64,000 bases of DNA from a virus. How positions within the stretch are numbered: the first letter of the stretch is position 1; each line of letters starts with the position of its first letter. The translations under genes were made by a program, and so were the position numbers. The notes below the pieces were generated by a model that was not told the origin of the DNA, did no database searches, and saw only the letters and a list, made by a program, of their open reading frames with translations. This document shows positions 55,475 to 63,759 of this stretch, in pieces. The DNA is taken from positions 40,852 through 104,851 of IMG/VR virus record IMGVR_UViG_3300042987_002978; one strand, 5' to 3'.

Positions 55475-56208
55475 ACGTTCCAGTTTGCCAGACCGCTGGA
55501 TGAATTGTCCATGATGTACTTGGCAACTTTTAGATTGCAGTGGACATCAAACAGGCCTTCAAGCCCGGTGCCGCAGACGTTCTTGGTGACGGTCTTCCAG
55601 CACGAGTTGATTTGCAGAAGGCCACGGTCAATCGACCCGTCCTTGTTCAGGGTCCAAGTCACGTTGCCTTTTGAGTCCCACTTGGCATTTGCCGCGCCGG
55701 GGTTGCACCTTGACTCCCGATAAGCGATGTAGGAGAACACCTCGACCGGCTCCAGTCCGTACTGCTGGAACAATGGCTCAAACTGGGGGCAGCGGTGCGT
55801 GGGGTCATCGGAGATGGTGTAGCGCCGCTTGTGTCCGTCAGTGATTGGGGTGGGAAGGGCAGGGACGAATGCCGTCTCCATCCCGGCGGCTTCGAGGGCT
55901 GCCAGATGGGCCTTTCTCGTAACCTTTCCGTAATGTTGGTCGACGGTCAACCCCAGGAAACCCTGGAGTTTGGCGACTCGCTCGCTTCGCTCGTTGAAAA
56001 CAAAGACCTCTTGGAGAATGGCCTCAGGTCGCGGGGCCGCATTGATTTCATTGAGTTCTGCTTGCCGAATCGAGTGGCTGGCCGCCGAAACCGCTGCGTA
56101 GCGTGGCTCGGGGGCCTCTTGTCTGGTGATTCCGCCATTGGCGGTTCCTACCCCTATCGCTGCTGCCAGCCACAGGGTAAAACCGATTACCGCTTCTTTG
56201 CTAATCAA
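55462..56208 (-). CDS. Secreted lytic transglycosylase (SLT/lysozyme-like)
   Basis: Signal/anchor, AYRESRC, DRGLLQIN, N...A..I..G..NW. Confidence 0.8.
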   Translation of the reverse strand: MISKEAVIGFTLWLAAAIGVGTANGGITRQEAPEPRYAAVSAASHSIRQAELNEINAAPRPEAILQEVFVFNERSERVAKLQGFLGLTVDQHYGKVTRKAHLAALEAAGMETAFVPALPTPITDGHKRRYTISDDPTHRCPQFEPLFQQYGLEPVEVFSYIAYRESRCNPGAANAKWDSKGNVTWTLNKDGSIDRGLLQINSCWKTVTKNVCGTGLEGLFDVHCNLKVAKYIMDNSSSGLANWNVWNK

Positions 56209-56222
56209 AGTGTCTCCTAACG

Positions 56223-56693
56223 TCAGGCCAGAGGCGGGAGAGACTTCGTGAGTCCTAACCTTTCAGCCTCGGCTGGGTTGTCATGCTTCCACCGGTGGTG
56301 CGCTCGGCACAGCACCTGGCAGTTGTCCGGGTCTAAGTAGTTGCCTCCTCGACCCCTAGGGATTACTTCATCGATGTCCAGTGGTCCTGAACACGTAATC
56401 GACCCTACCAGGAATCTTGCCTGACACAACCCCATGTCGCGTTGAAGGACTATACGACGCACCTCTGTCCTCTTCGCGGCATTCTTTTTTGTTTTCTTGG
56501 AGGCAAGGTTGAGTCTTGTCGACTTAAGTTTACGTTCACGTATTTTAATTGGCTTATCCAAACAGTATTTTAATCTTGCCCTGGCATCTTTTTGTCCTTC
56601 TTCAAGATAAAGATTTCCGAACTTTCCACACTTAGGGTGTCCGCAATTTTCTTCTCGTCCTTGGCAATGTCCCTTGTGAGAAAATTTTTTCAT
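56223..56693 (-). CDS. HNH endonuclease adjacent to terminase
   Basis: RD.G.CQ..C..DIDEV.PRGRGG..N...LCRAHH..KH. ATGA overlap with terL. Confidence 0.78.
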   Translation of the reverse strand: MKKFSHKGHCQGREENCGHPKCGKFGNLYLEEGQKDARARLKYCLDKPIKIRERKLKSTRLNLASKKTKKNAAKRTEVRRIVLQRDMGLCQARFLVGSITCSGPLDIDEVIPRGRGGNYLDPDNCQVLCRAHHRWKHDNPAEAERLGLTKSLPPLA

Positions 56694-58024
56694 ACAATGA
56701 TTTTTACTTGCTTCAACTTCCGGTTGGTCAATGAAAGAATCGCGCCAGAGATTGCGTCGACTTGGTCGTCGTGCGCACCGTACGGGAAGACTTCGCACTC
56801 ATCGAAGAAAGGCGTATTCCATGGTCCGCGGGCGACCATGACATTGCCGGATTCTGCCGCAGCAGAAAAAACCCCGGCTCTGTCTTTCTTGGACGTGTTT
56901 GATTTCTGTCCCTTGAAGTTGAATCCTGGAACCACCAACCGCGCGTAGTGGTCGATGACGTTGACGCCAGAAGAACCAGGCTCCTGTTCCATCACGATTC
57001 GAGTCCCCACTCCGTCCTCTTCGGCAGTCGCGCGAATGAGTCTTTCGACTTCGTATGGTGTGCCTCTCATCCTGCGTATATCCAAGATGAAATATCTTCC
57101 GTCCTTCATTCCGACCAATGCGCCGACAGTCCAGTCGGGGTCTGTGCCGTGTCGCGGGGCAGTCGCAGCCAAGTCCCAATAACGAACCTTGTTCATTTCA
57201 TCCGGGAACACTCCCGTAATGTTGAACCATTCGCGCTTGAACATCCCGCCCTCTTCGCGGACTTCCCAGTTTCCGTCAAGAAGTCGGGCGCGCTCGATTG
57301 CGTCGAGTTCATCAAGTGACTTCACGTAGGTTTCGGCGTCCAACGACGGGTTGTCGGAAATCTTGGCGGGCATGAACTTGCGGTCGTCGCCTTTGTTCAG
57401 GATGAACCGTTCGTACACCCAGTTGTTGCCGGGACCTCCCGGGTTCGTGGCTGCACGAGTTCTCAGCGGAATGTCTGCTGCGCTCATCCCGCAGTTCGGG
57501 CAGCGAGGCAGGTTGGCCGCGTCGGAGGGTTTTCTCACTCGCGAGAATCCGACGTACCTGTACACGCGGTCCGTCTTCCACTGAGTCAACTCGTCCACTC
57601 CTACGAAGTGGTAGGCGAACGACTGAAACTTGTACCTGTCGTCGTCTCTTTCGCAGTGGTCGAACGAAAGAGTCGCGCCAGAAGGGAACGTCCATCGCTT
57701 GTTCGTGCCGACGTAGACCGCGTCAGTCCCTGCGAGCCATGCGTTGCATCGGTCGATGAATCCGTCAGGACCCGCGAGTTGGGGATACGTCTGACGCAAG
57801 AGCAGCGCAGAGTATCCAGGCACGCAGGTGTATTGGAGTGCGGACATGAGTAGGGCATCTGATTTACCTCCGCCTGCCGCTCCGCCGTACAGGGCTTCGC
57901 GAGTGGTCGACCATGTGAGAAACGCCGCCTGCTTTGGGTGCATGTGGTGGGGCAGATTCAAGCCGCACGGAATCTTGTAGCCGGTCAGTCCGGCAAGTTT
58001 TTTCCTGATGCTTTCCCTGTCCAT
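56690..58024 (-). CDS. terL: Terminase large subunit
   Basis: YGGAAGGGKS, VDE, ATNPGG, WDLAA, HDDQVDA. Carries a CPNC insertion. Confidence 0.95.
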   Translation of the reverse strand: MDRESIRKKLAGLTGYKIPCGLNLPHHMHPKQAAFLTWSTTREALYGGAAGGGKSDALLMSALQYTCVPGYSALLLRQTYPQLAGPDGFIDRCNAWLAGTDAVYVGTNKRWTFPSGATLSFDHCERDDDRYKFQSFAYHFVGVDELTQWKTDRVYRYVGFSRVRKPSDAANLPRCPNCGMSAADIPLRTRAATNPGGPGNNWVYERFILNKGDDRKFMPAKISDNPSLDAETYVKSLDELDAIERARLLDGNWEVREEGGMFKREWFNITGVFPDEMNKVRYWDLAATAPRHGTDPDWTVGALVGMKDGRYFILDIRRMRGTPYEVERLIRATAEEDGVGTRIVMEQEPGSSGVNVIDHYARLVVPGFNFKGQKSNTSKKDRAGVFSAAAESGNVMVARGPWNTPFFDECEVFPYGAHDDQVDAISGAILSLTNRKLKQVKIIV

Positions 58025-58114
58025 CAGTCGTCGTCGCTTTCGGCAGACTCGCAGAGCGGGTCAGCGTTCAGCGGCGAGCAGGGGCACTGCTTGCCGGCCG
58101 GATACAACCGTGTC

Positions 58115-58705
58115 TCACTCTTCGTCTTCAACTACGACTCCCTCGATTACGCCGTCGTTGTCCCACGCCGCGAGAACGTCCTTGGGCAAATCTCCGGCTT
58201 CCACGAGGGCAGCGAGAACGGCGCGTTGACGAGTGTCATCGTCTTCTTGAGCGACGGGTCGCGATGTATCCGATGAGATACTCATGGCGTTGACCTCAAG
58301 TTTGACCGTGTTGTTGTCCCCCCACTCTTGCGGGAATCTCTTGGCCAAGAATCTTTCTGCGGCCTTCCAATCGCCCTGACGTGCTTCCCTGAACCATGCA
58401 AGAACAAGACCAGCCTGCGCTTCTGACTCAGCCTTCAATGCACCAAGGGCAAAGTCCATGTAAATCTTCTCTTCCGGATTCGGTTCTCCGCCCTCTTCAA
58501 TCCTTCTTTGTTCCAGCAGCCCGCGCTTGAGCCAGTTGGTGACCGTGTTCTTGGATACCTCAGCGACCTCGGCTGCACGAGTCGGAGTCAGCCCGCCCTT
58601 CATCAACTCGATAATGGTCGAACCTTTCCGCGCAATGAGAGTCATGCGGACGTCTGCCGTCTCAATGCTCTTTTGGAAATCGGATACAGATGGTTCGTCG
58701 CTCAT
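58115..58705 (-). CDS. terS: Terminase small subunit (HTH)
   Basis: AAEVAEVSKNTVTNWL HTH and DWKAA..FL.+RFP.EWG. Lies upstream of terL. Confidence 0.75.
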   Translation of the reverse strand: MSDEPSVSDFQKSIETADVRMTLIARKGSTIIELMKGGLTPTRAAEVAEVSKNTVTNWLKRGLLEQRRIEEGGEPNPEEKIYMDFALGALKAESEAQAGLVLAWFREARQGDWKAAERFLAKRFPQEWGDNNTVKLEVNAMSISSDTSRPVAQEDDDTRQRAVLAALVEAGDLPKDVLAAWDNDGVIEGVVVEDEE

Positions 58706-58989
58706 CGGTTCTTGGTGTTCTTCTTGATGACCTGGATGTAAAGACAATCCTCGGTCGTGGGGATGTGGGTGCGGACCTTCAGCCCGCGTTTGCGAGCAGC
58801 CTGATAGACGGCGGATTGCATCGAGCCCGGCTCCACGAAGAAGTCCTCGAACATCTGCAACTTCCACACGTCACCGTCGAACCATTCGTCGTACGGGTAC
58901 ATCTCCACCATGGGAGAGCGTGGGTAGGTAAGCCTCTCCCGCAACGGACGCAAATCCGGCTCTTGCTTGTTCTCCTCAGAGTGTTGCAC
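58702..58989 (-). CDS. Hypothetical DNA-binding protein
   Basis: YPYDEWFDG..W.L..DF..AARKRG.KV motif. Confidence 0.7.
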   Translation of the reverse strand: MQHSEENKQEPDLRPLRERLTYPRSPMVEMYPYDEWFDGDVWKLQMFEDFFVEPGSMQSAVYQAARKRGLKVRTHIPTTEDCLYIQVIKKNTKNR

Positions 58990-59293
58990 CCGGATTCTCC
59001 TTCAGGTACTCGTCGATTGCCATCTGCAGGAACTTGTCGTTGTTCCTGATTCGGTTGATGAGTCGCCAAATCCAATCACGTCGGTAGTTCGTGGCTTCCG
59101 CAATCGCGTCCATCGTCCCTGACCCCGTGCGCCAGGTATTGAAGATGTCCCAGCGCAGACGGTTCTCGGCTGCCTTGGTCTGCTTCCTCAGGGCGTCAAG
59201 CGCTTCCCTTCGCCGGCGCAAGCGCGCAGCATCTGCCTCAGAAAGAAGCCTCGCCTTGTGGGCGACGGGCATGACTCGGACCTTCTCAGCCAT
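58976..59293 (-). CDS. HTH-containing protein
   Basis: TMDAIAEATNYRRDWIWRLI. Confidence 0.6.
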   Translation of the reverse strand: MAEKVRVMPVAHKARLLSEADAARLRRRREALDALRKQTKAAENRLRWDIFNTWRTGSGTMDAIAEATNYRRDWIWRLINRIRNNDKFLQMAIDEYLKENPGATL

Positions 59294-59747
59294 CGTCAAT
59301 CTCTCCGTCGAGGCGTTCAAACAACTCATCTTCTTTGTCCAGGTACTGGGCGAGCCCCGTCGGGTCACCTTGCTTAATCCTGACCATTGACAGGACCAGT
59401 TCCACGTATGCGTCGTCAAGGGTGACTTCATTACCCAGTTTGTTGACGAATGCACTCATGTTCCCGAATACCTTGTCATTCACCGACCCTCGTGGTGTCT
59501 CTTTCACATGAATCTTTCGACCACCGTATTTCTTCAAGTTCTCCATCCATAACAAATCTCCGACCTTGGTCAGATTCTCCACGATGACCTGATAGCGCTT
59601 TAGACGCTCCACCGCATCTTGCATGACATGAACGGGTACGTACGCCATTCCAGTCGGCACGCCGGTCTCGTCTTCTCCCAGCATCACATCGTCCCAAAAC
59701 AGGTCAAGTTGATACTCAAGGTCGTTCTCTGGCTTATCCCCGTGCAT
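59286..59747 (-). CDS. Hypothetical protein
   Basis: GAGGAGG RBS. Coupled to neighbours. Confidence 0.65.
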   Translation of the reverse strand: MHGDKPENDLEYQLDLFWDDVMLGEDETGVPTGMAYVPVHVMQDAVERLKRYQVIVENLTKVGDLLWMENLKKYGGRKIHVKETPRGSVNDKVFGNMSAFVNKLGNEVTLDDAYVELVLSMVRIKQGDPTGLAQYLDKEDELFERLDGEIDDG

Positions 59748-59934
59748 TTTCTGCCTCCTCGACGGCCTTGTGCACCAAGGTGACGATTTGCTTCAGCGCC
59801 GCCTGCTTTTCGTCGAGCGGCTTGGAGACAGTCGACCAACCCATGTTCAATTCGTCCTCCAGTTTTGCGAGCAAGGTCGCCCAATACTCGGGAACCGAAA
59901 CCGGATTTTTTCTCATAATCATCTCGTATATCAT
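59734..59934 (-). CDS. Hypothetical protein
   Basis: Short coupled ORF. Confidence 0.55.
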   Translation of the reverse strand: MIYEMIMRKNPVSVPEYWATLLAKLEDELNMGWSTVSKPLDEKQAALKQIVTLVHKAVEEAENARG

Positions 59935-60086
59935 GCCTATTCGCTCCATCCTTGATTTCTACTGCCCGCCGACTTTGTATCTGATTTTCGCTCCGTTGCA
60001 AAATTCATCGCCCACACAGTAACACACGGAAATAGCAAGAGTCCCCTGTCGCATTATCACACTCTGTTACAGTATCGCACACTCAT

Positions 60087-60392
60087 ATGCCGCACTGGAA
60101 CGACTTCGACTTGGACTTTCCTTCCATTGGCTTACAGATAAACCGTCCGAAGTGGATGAAGAAGAAAAACTGTTTTGATGAGCCTGTCGATACTTTCTAC
60201 CCCGCACCCGGAGACGTGGACAAACTCCGCCGCGCGAAGTCAATCTGCAAAGAGTGTGAAGTCAGGGCAGAGTGCCTGCAGTTCGCACTGGACACCAACG
60301 AGCGGTTCGGTATCTGGGGCGGAAAGAGCGCCCGTGAGCGCAGCCTTATTCTTCGAGCGCAGCGGCTTCTTGCTCGTCCGCGAGATGACTGA
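60087..60392 (+). CDS. whiB: WhiB-family Fe-S transcription factor
   Basis: C..FYP..AKSICKEC.VR.ECL..AL..E.FGIWGG...RER. Confidence 0.93.
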   Translation: MPHWNDFDLDFPSIGLQINRPKWMKKKNCFDEPVDTFYPAPGDVDKLRRAKSICKECEVRAECLQFALDTNERFGIWGGKSARERSLILRAQRLLARPRDD

Positions 60393-60684
60393 AGTCCTCG
60401 CAGGAATGCTGCATACACCACTTGCGGGCAATCTCCACGTTCGGTAAACGAACCTCACCAACACGACACAACCGGCAAGTCACTACCCAGTAGGGCTTGA
60501 CGGACTTGTGCCAGTTGGACCGCCACATCATCGTGTCGGTCGGGTAGTTCACGGCCGCCTCGTACCGTTCCATGGCATCAAGGACGATGTCAAAGTCGTT
60601 GATATCAATACCTCGGGAATGGCGCATCTGCATCAACGCTTCGTACAGGTCGCGGGAAATCTTCTCCCATTTGCTTTGTGCCAT
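60346..60684 (-). CDS. Hypothetical protein with CxxC and HxC
   Basis: 112 aa ORF, AGGT RBS. Confidence 0.55.
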   Translation of the reverse strand: MAQSKWEKISRDLYEALMQMRHSRGIDINDFDIVLDAMERYEAAVNYPTDTMMWRSNWHKSVKPYWVVTCRLCRVGEVRLPNVEIARKWCMQHSCEDFSHLADEQEAAALEE

Positions 60685-60692
60685 TGTGTTAC

Positions 60693-60890
60693 CTACGCAA
60701 TCTTCTCGTACGACTCTAATGCTTCGGCGACCATCTCTGCGTCCTGCCAGCGGATTCCCCGATGGTTCTTTTCAATCACCAAGGCTCGGTACAGTTTGCT
60801 CGCCACGTCCTGCCATTCACGGCAATCTTCTTCGACCGAGTCCACTCTCTGTAAGAGGCTCTTTACTTCCCTTTGTGTAAAGGATTCCAT
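60693..60890 (-). CDS. Hypothetical protein
   Basis: Shares W..(V/I)...LY.AL with the downstream gene. Confidence 0.55.
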   Translation of the reverse strand: MESFTQREVKSLLQRVDSVEEDCREWQDVASKLYRALVIEKNHRGIRWQDAEMVAEALESYEKIA

Positions 60891-61146
60891 GACCGGGAAC
60901 CTATTGGCCCGGACCGGATAGTCAAGTCATCACCCGTTTTCCTCGTCATCAAGCAGGTTTTTCACCATCATGCCGATACCCACACACACAATCACAAGAA
61001 AGACGCCAAAGACATCCCACATCGTGGTGTCGACGACGTTGTGATGGTCGGCTATCAAAAGTTGTTCCCGATGATTGAGGAGGAAGCGGCGCACAGCACG
61101 AGGAACGTCGCGAACGCTACGACGAAAAGGATTGGCTTGAGCACTT

Positions 61147-61308
61147 TCATTCTTGGTTCTCCTCTTGTTCCGGGTACGGATTGCGAATCGCCCGATACAC
61201 ATCGATGCCGTCCACGCGGTGGACGTAGGAGATGTCGCCTCGGCTCATCCGGTCGTCCAGCCATCTACGCAACGGTTCAATGGGTTCTTTCTTCTTCTTT
61301 TTGGCCAT
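61147..61308 (-). CDS. 53-aa basic protein (not in ORF track)
   Basis: MAKKKKKEPIEPLRRWLDDRMSRGDISYVHRVDGIDVYRAIRNPYPEQEENQE. TAAGGA RBS. Followed by two tiny TM ORFs. Confidence 0.6.
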   Translation of the reverse strand: MAKKKKKEPIEPLRRWLDDRMSRGDISYVHRVDGIDVYRAIRNPYPEQEENQE

Positions 61309-61474
61309 AGTTCCTTACCTTAACGATACCGGCATGTACCACTATCGCTAACACTTTTACGATGCAGATAGTTGCCGTCAGTGTCAACTATTTGTATCGC
61401 TGGGGTGAGAGGAATTCGTATCAGTTTCCTCTCATATCACGAATTTCGTGACGGTAGACGAATCCACCACACAG

Positions 61475-61546
61475 AGCCCAGTCTCAGGATTGAACTGAGG
61501 ACCTTCCGCTTACAAGGCGGATGCACTACCACTGTGCTAACTGGGC
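61475..61546 (-). tRNA. tRNA-Thr(UGU)
   Basis: Canonical cloverleaf GCCCAGT..TAGCACAGTGGTAGTGC..CCGC-CTTGTAA-GCGG..TTCAATC..ACTGGGC. Confidence 0.93.
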
Positions 61547-61642
61547 TTATTCGTTACCTAGCAACCACAATACGGCGAACCAGAAGGCGGCAATCGCAAT
61601 AAACGAAAGCGGTACGTGGAGGTTCATGTGTGCGTCTTTCTT

Positions 61643-61803
61643 TGAGTGACAGACGGAATGTCGGGCACCGGTCTGTCAGCGGCGAGAAAGGCTGGTAGTG
61701 ACTCCAGCCGACACTCCGTGAATCATGTTAGCGACCACACGCACGATGACAGTGGATTTGTGAGCGGCAGACTTGAGTATCAGACGCCGGTCTGCCAGCG
61801 GCG
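61643..61803. repeat. Two ~43-bp copies of a covarying hairpin
   Basis: Copies at 61643-61684 and 61761-61803, with stems TGACAGAC/GTCTGTCA and TGGCAGAC/GTCTGCCG. Confidence 0.65.
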
Positions 61804-61962
61804 TTAAGGAGATTGAACTGGTGCGGAGGCACCGAGGCCAACCCCGATACTTGCAGGCCATCATATCAGGTCACAGGGTAGAATACCTATACACCCCAAG
61901 TAAGTTCCACACTGGCGGGCTGCTTGCCCTGGCGCGGGGGCGAACGCGCAGCGTGGTCGAGA

Positions 61963-62060
61963 GGGGGGGGTATTTCTCCTATTTCTCCTATTTCGTCGGA
62001 TTTCCACAAGGGTTGTGGATAACTGTCCCCGTTTGTGCGCTTGTGCGCGCTTGTGCGCGG
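61963..62060. other. Compositional boundary with G-run, short tandem repeats and a DnaA box (possible terminus/origin region)
   Basis: G-run followed by TA, (TATTTCTCC)2, TGTGGATAA at 62014-62022, TTGTGCGC x3. Confidence 0.45.
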
Positions 62061-62324
62061 GTTCACAACACGCGCTAGAATGCGATTAGGCGCGACGGAT
62101 TACGGGGGGTGCGTCTAGGTAGGGGTTCGCCGTTTGCGCGCGTCTCAACGCATCTGGGCGCGTCTGGCGCGGTGGCAGTCTCGCGCCGTGTGTGTCTCAG
62201 TCTGGCGCGGTGGCATGGCGTGGCGCGGTGGCGCGGTGCTCGCGCCGTGTGTCGGCAGATACGACAACGGCGCGCCGTCTCGCATTGAGACGGCGCGCCG
62301 TGTCGCGCGTGTGCGTGTGTGGTG

Positions 62325-63032
62325 CTAAGCGTCGTACCGCGCAAGGTACGCGTTCTCATCGGCGCGCAGAATGAGCACCGACAGTTCGGCAAGCACGGCG
62401 TGTTGGTCGTCGTGCTCGTCGTTGTCGCGCGACAACCACGCGTCAAGTACGCGCTCGCGCATCGTCGCGCGCGTACTTTCTACCGCGCTAACCAATTGAG
62501 ACACGACATAGGCGAGCGCGTCGCGCTCATCGCGTGCCGTGGCGAGCATGAACCGCGCGTCGGTGAGCGCGCGCCGTGCGGTCTCATGGTCGGCGCGTAG
62601 CGCGTCACGCTCGCGCGTTAGGCGCGCGATGTCGGCGCGTAGACAGTCTTCGACGTTTTGCGCCGACTGACTTTCTAGGTCACGCTCAATGCTCACGCGC
62701 GCAAGTGTGCGAGCGTGTGCGCGCGACAGTTGGCGCGCGGTGATGTCGTGCGTCAGTAGGTGAACGAACGCGCCTACCACGAACGCGAACGCGACGAACG
62801 CGAACGCGATACCGACGAACGCGAGCACGGGGTGCGCGCTAATCCATTCGGCACTAGGTGCGTCAAGTGTGAGCCCGTAAGTGAACGCGACTGAGAACGC
62901 GACGGCGAACGCGATGAGCGAGCACCACGCGAGCGCGTCGGCGTGTCGGTTGTGCCACGCGCTAACGCGCGCGCGTAAGACACGCGAGCGCGACGGGCGC
63001 GCCGTGTGTCGTTGGGTTGGGTTGGTAGTCAT
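62325..63032 (-). CDS. Early-region membrane protein (2 TM + coiled coil)
   Basis: GAAAG RBS, two hydrophobic helices, heptad-rich C-terminus. Confidence 0.7.
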   Translation of the reverse strand: MTTNPTQRHTARPSRSRVLRARVSAWHNRHADALAWCSLIAFAVAFSVAFTYGLTLDAPSAEWISAHPVLAFVGIAFAFVAFAFVVGAFVHLLTHDITARQLSRAHARTLARVSIERDLESQSAQNVEDCLRADIARLTRERDALRADHETARRALTDARFMLATARDERDALAYVVSQLVSAVESTRATMRERVLDAWLSRDNDEHDDQHAVLAELSVLILRADENAYLARYDA

Positions 63033-63074
63033 GTCTGGTATCTCACTTTCTGATTTGGGTTGCGAATGGCGGTT

Positions 63075-63119
63075 GCCATTCTCGCAACGCTCACGCGGGT
63101 TGAGCGTTGCGAGAATGGC
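63075..63119. repeat. Perfect 19-bp inverted repeat between early genes
   Basis: GCCATTCTCGCAACGCTCA-N7-TGAGCGTTGCGAGAATGGC. Confidence 0.85.
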
Positions 63120-63157
63120 GCGCGCCGCGGGGGGGTGCGGCGCGCGCCCGTTCTCAC

Positions 63158-63442
63158 CTAGTCAAGTTGTGGCATCTCAACCGACGCGCGAAACTTGCGC
63201 GCGAGCGTCGTTGCGGTTGGCGCAAACAACGGCGCGGTGACGCGCCCGTCTGCGTCGGTCATCTTGACTGCGTGTCCCGTCTCAACGATGCTCACGCCGT
63301 TACGGGTGACGAGCGTCGCGCCGTATCGCGCATTGTCGCGCAGGTACGCCGTGACGTTCGTCGGTTGCGGAAAGACCGACGCGGGCGCGTGGTCTACGGG
63401 TTGGTCTTTTTCAGACCTACCGCGGTTCGTGTTGGTGCTCAT
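63158..63442 (-). CDS. Early-region hypothetical protein
   Basis: GAAAGG RBS before MSTNTN. An alternative leaderless start at 63505 lies 7 nt after TAAACT. Confidence 0.65.
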   Translation of the reverse strand: MSTNTNRGRSEKDQPVDHAPASVFPQPTNVTAYLRDNARYGATLVTRNGVSIVETGHAVKMTDADGRVTAPLFAPTATTLARKFRASVEMPQLD

Positions 63443-63745
63443 TGTGTTGCCTTTCGTGGCGCGGTGAGTGAGCGCGTCGCGCCCGTTGGTGCTCACCGTT
63501 GCCATGCCAGACAGTTTAGGCACGTTGTTAGACATAACGCAACTACCGTTCGGGGGTTCTTTTTGACGGGGTGACGGGGTGCGGTTCGCGCATAAGTAGT
63601 ACCGCGCGACGGTGGCGCGACGGGGTGACGGGGTGACGATGGCGCGCCACTAGCACCGATAGTCCTAAGTAGTTTCGTCGGATTTGTGAGACACGCGCCG
63701 AGCCTGTGGATAACCGCGCAGAGTGGTCGCGACCCCGTGGATAGG

Positions 63746-63759
63746 CGAACATACGTTCG
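63746..63759. promoter_or_regulatory. Gram-positive/actinobacterial LexA (SOS) box
   Basis: CGAAC-ATAC-GTTCG perfect match, next to the DnaA box at 63705-63713. Confidence 0.55.

Noticed and set aside
61643-63700. CRISPR or mini-CRISPR array
   Set aside because: The repeats are only two copies, imperfect and irregularly spaced. There are no cas genes.
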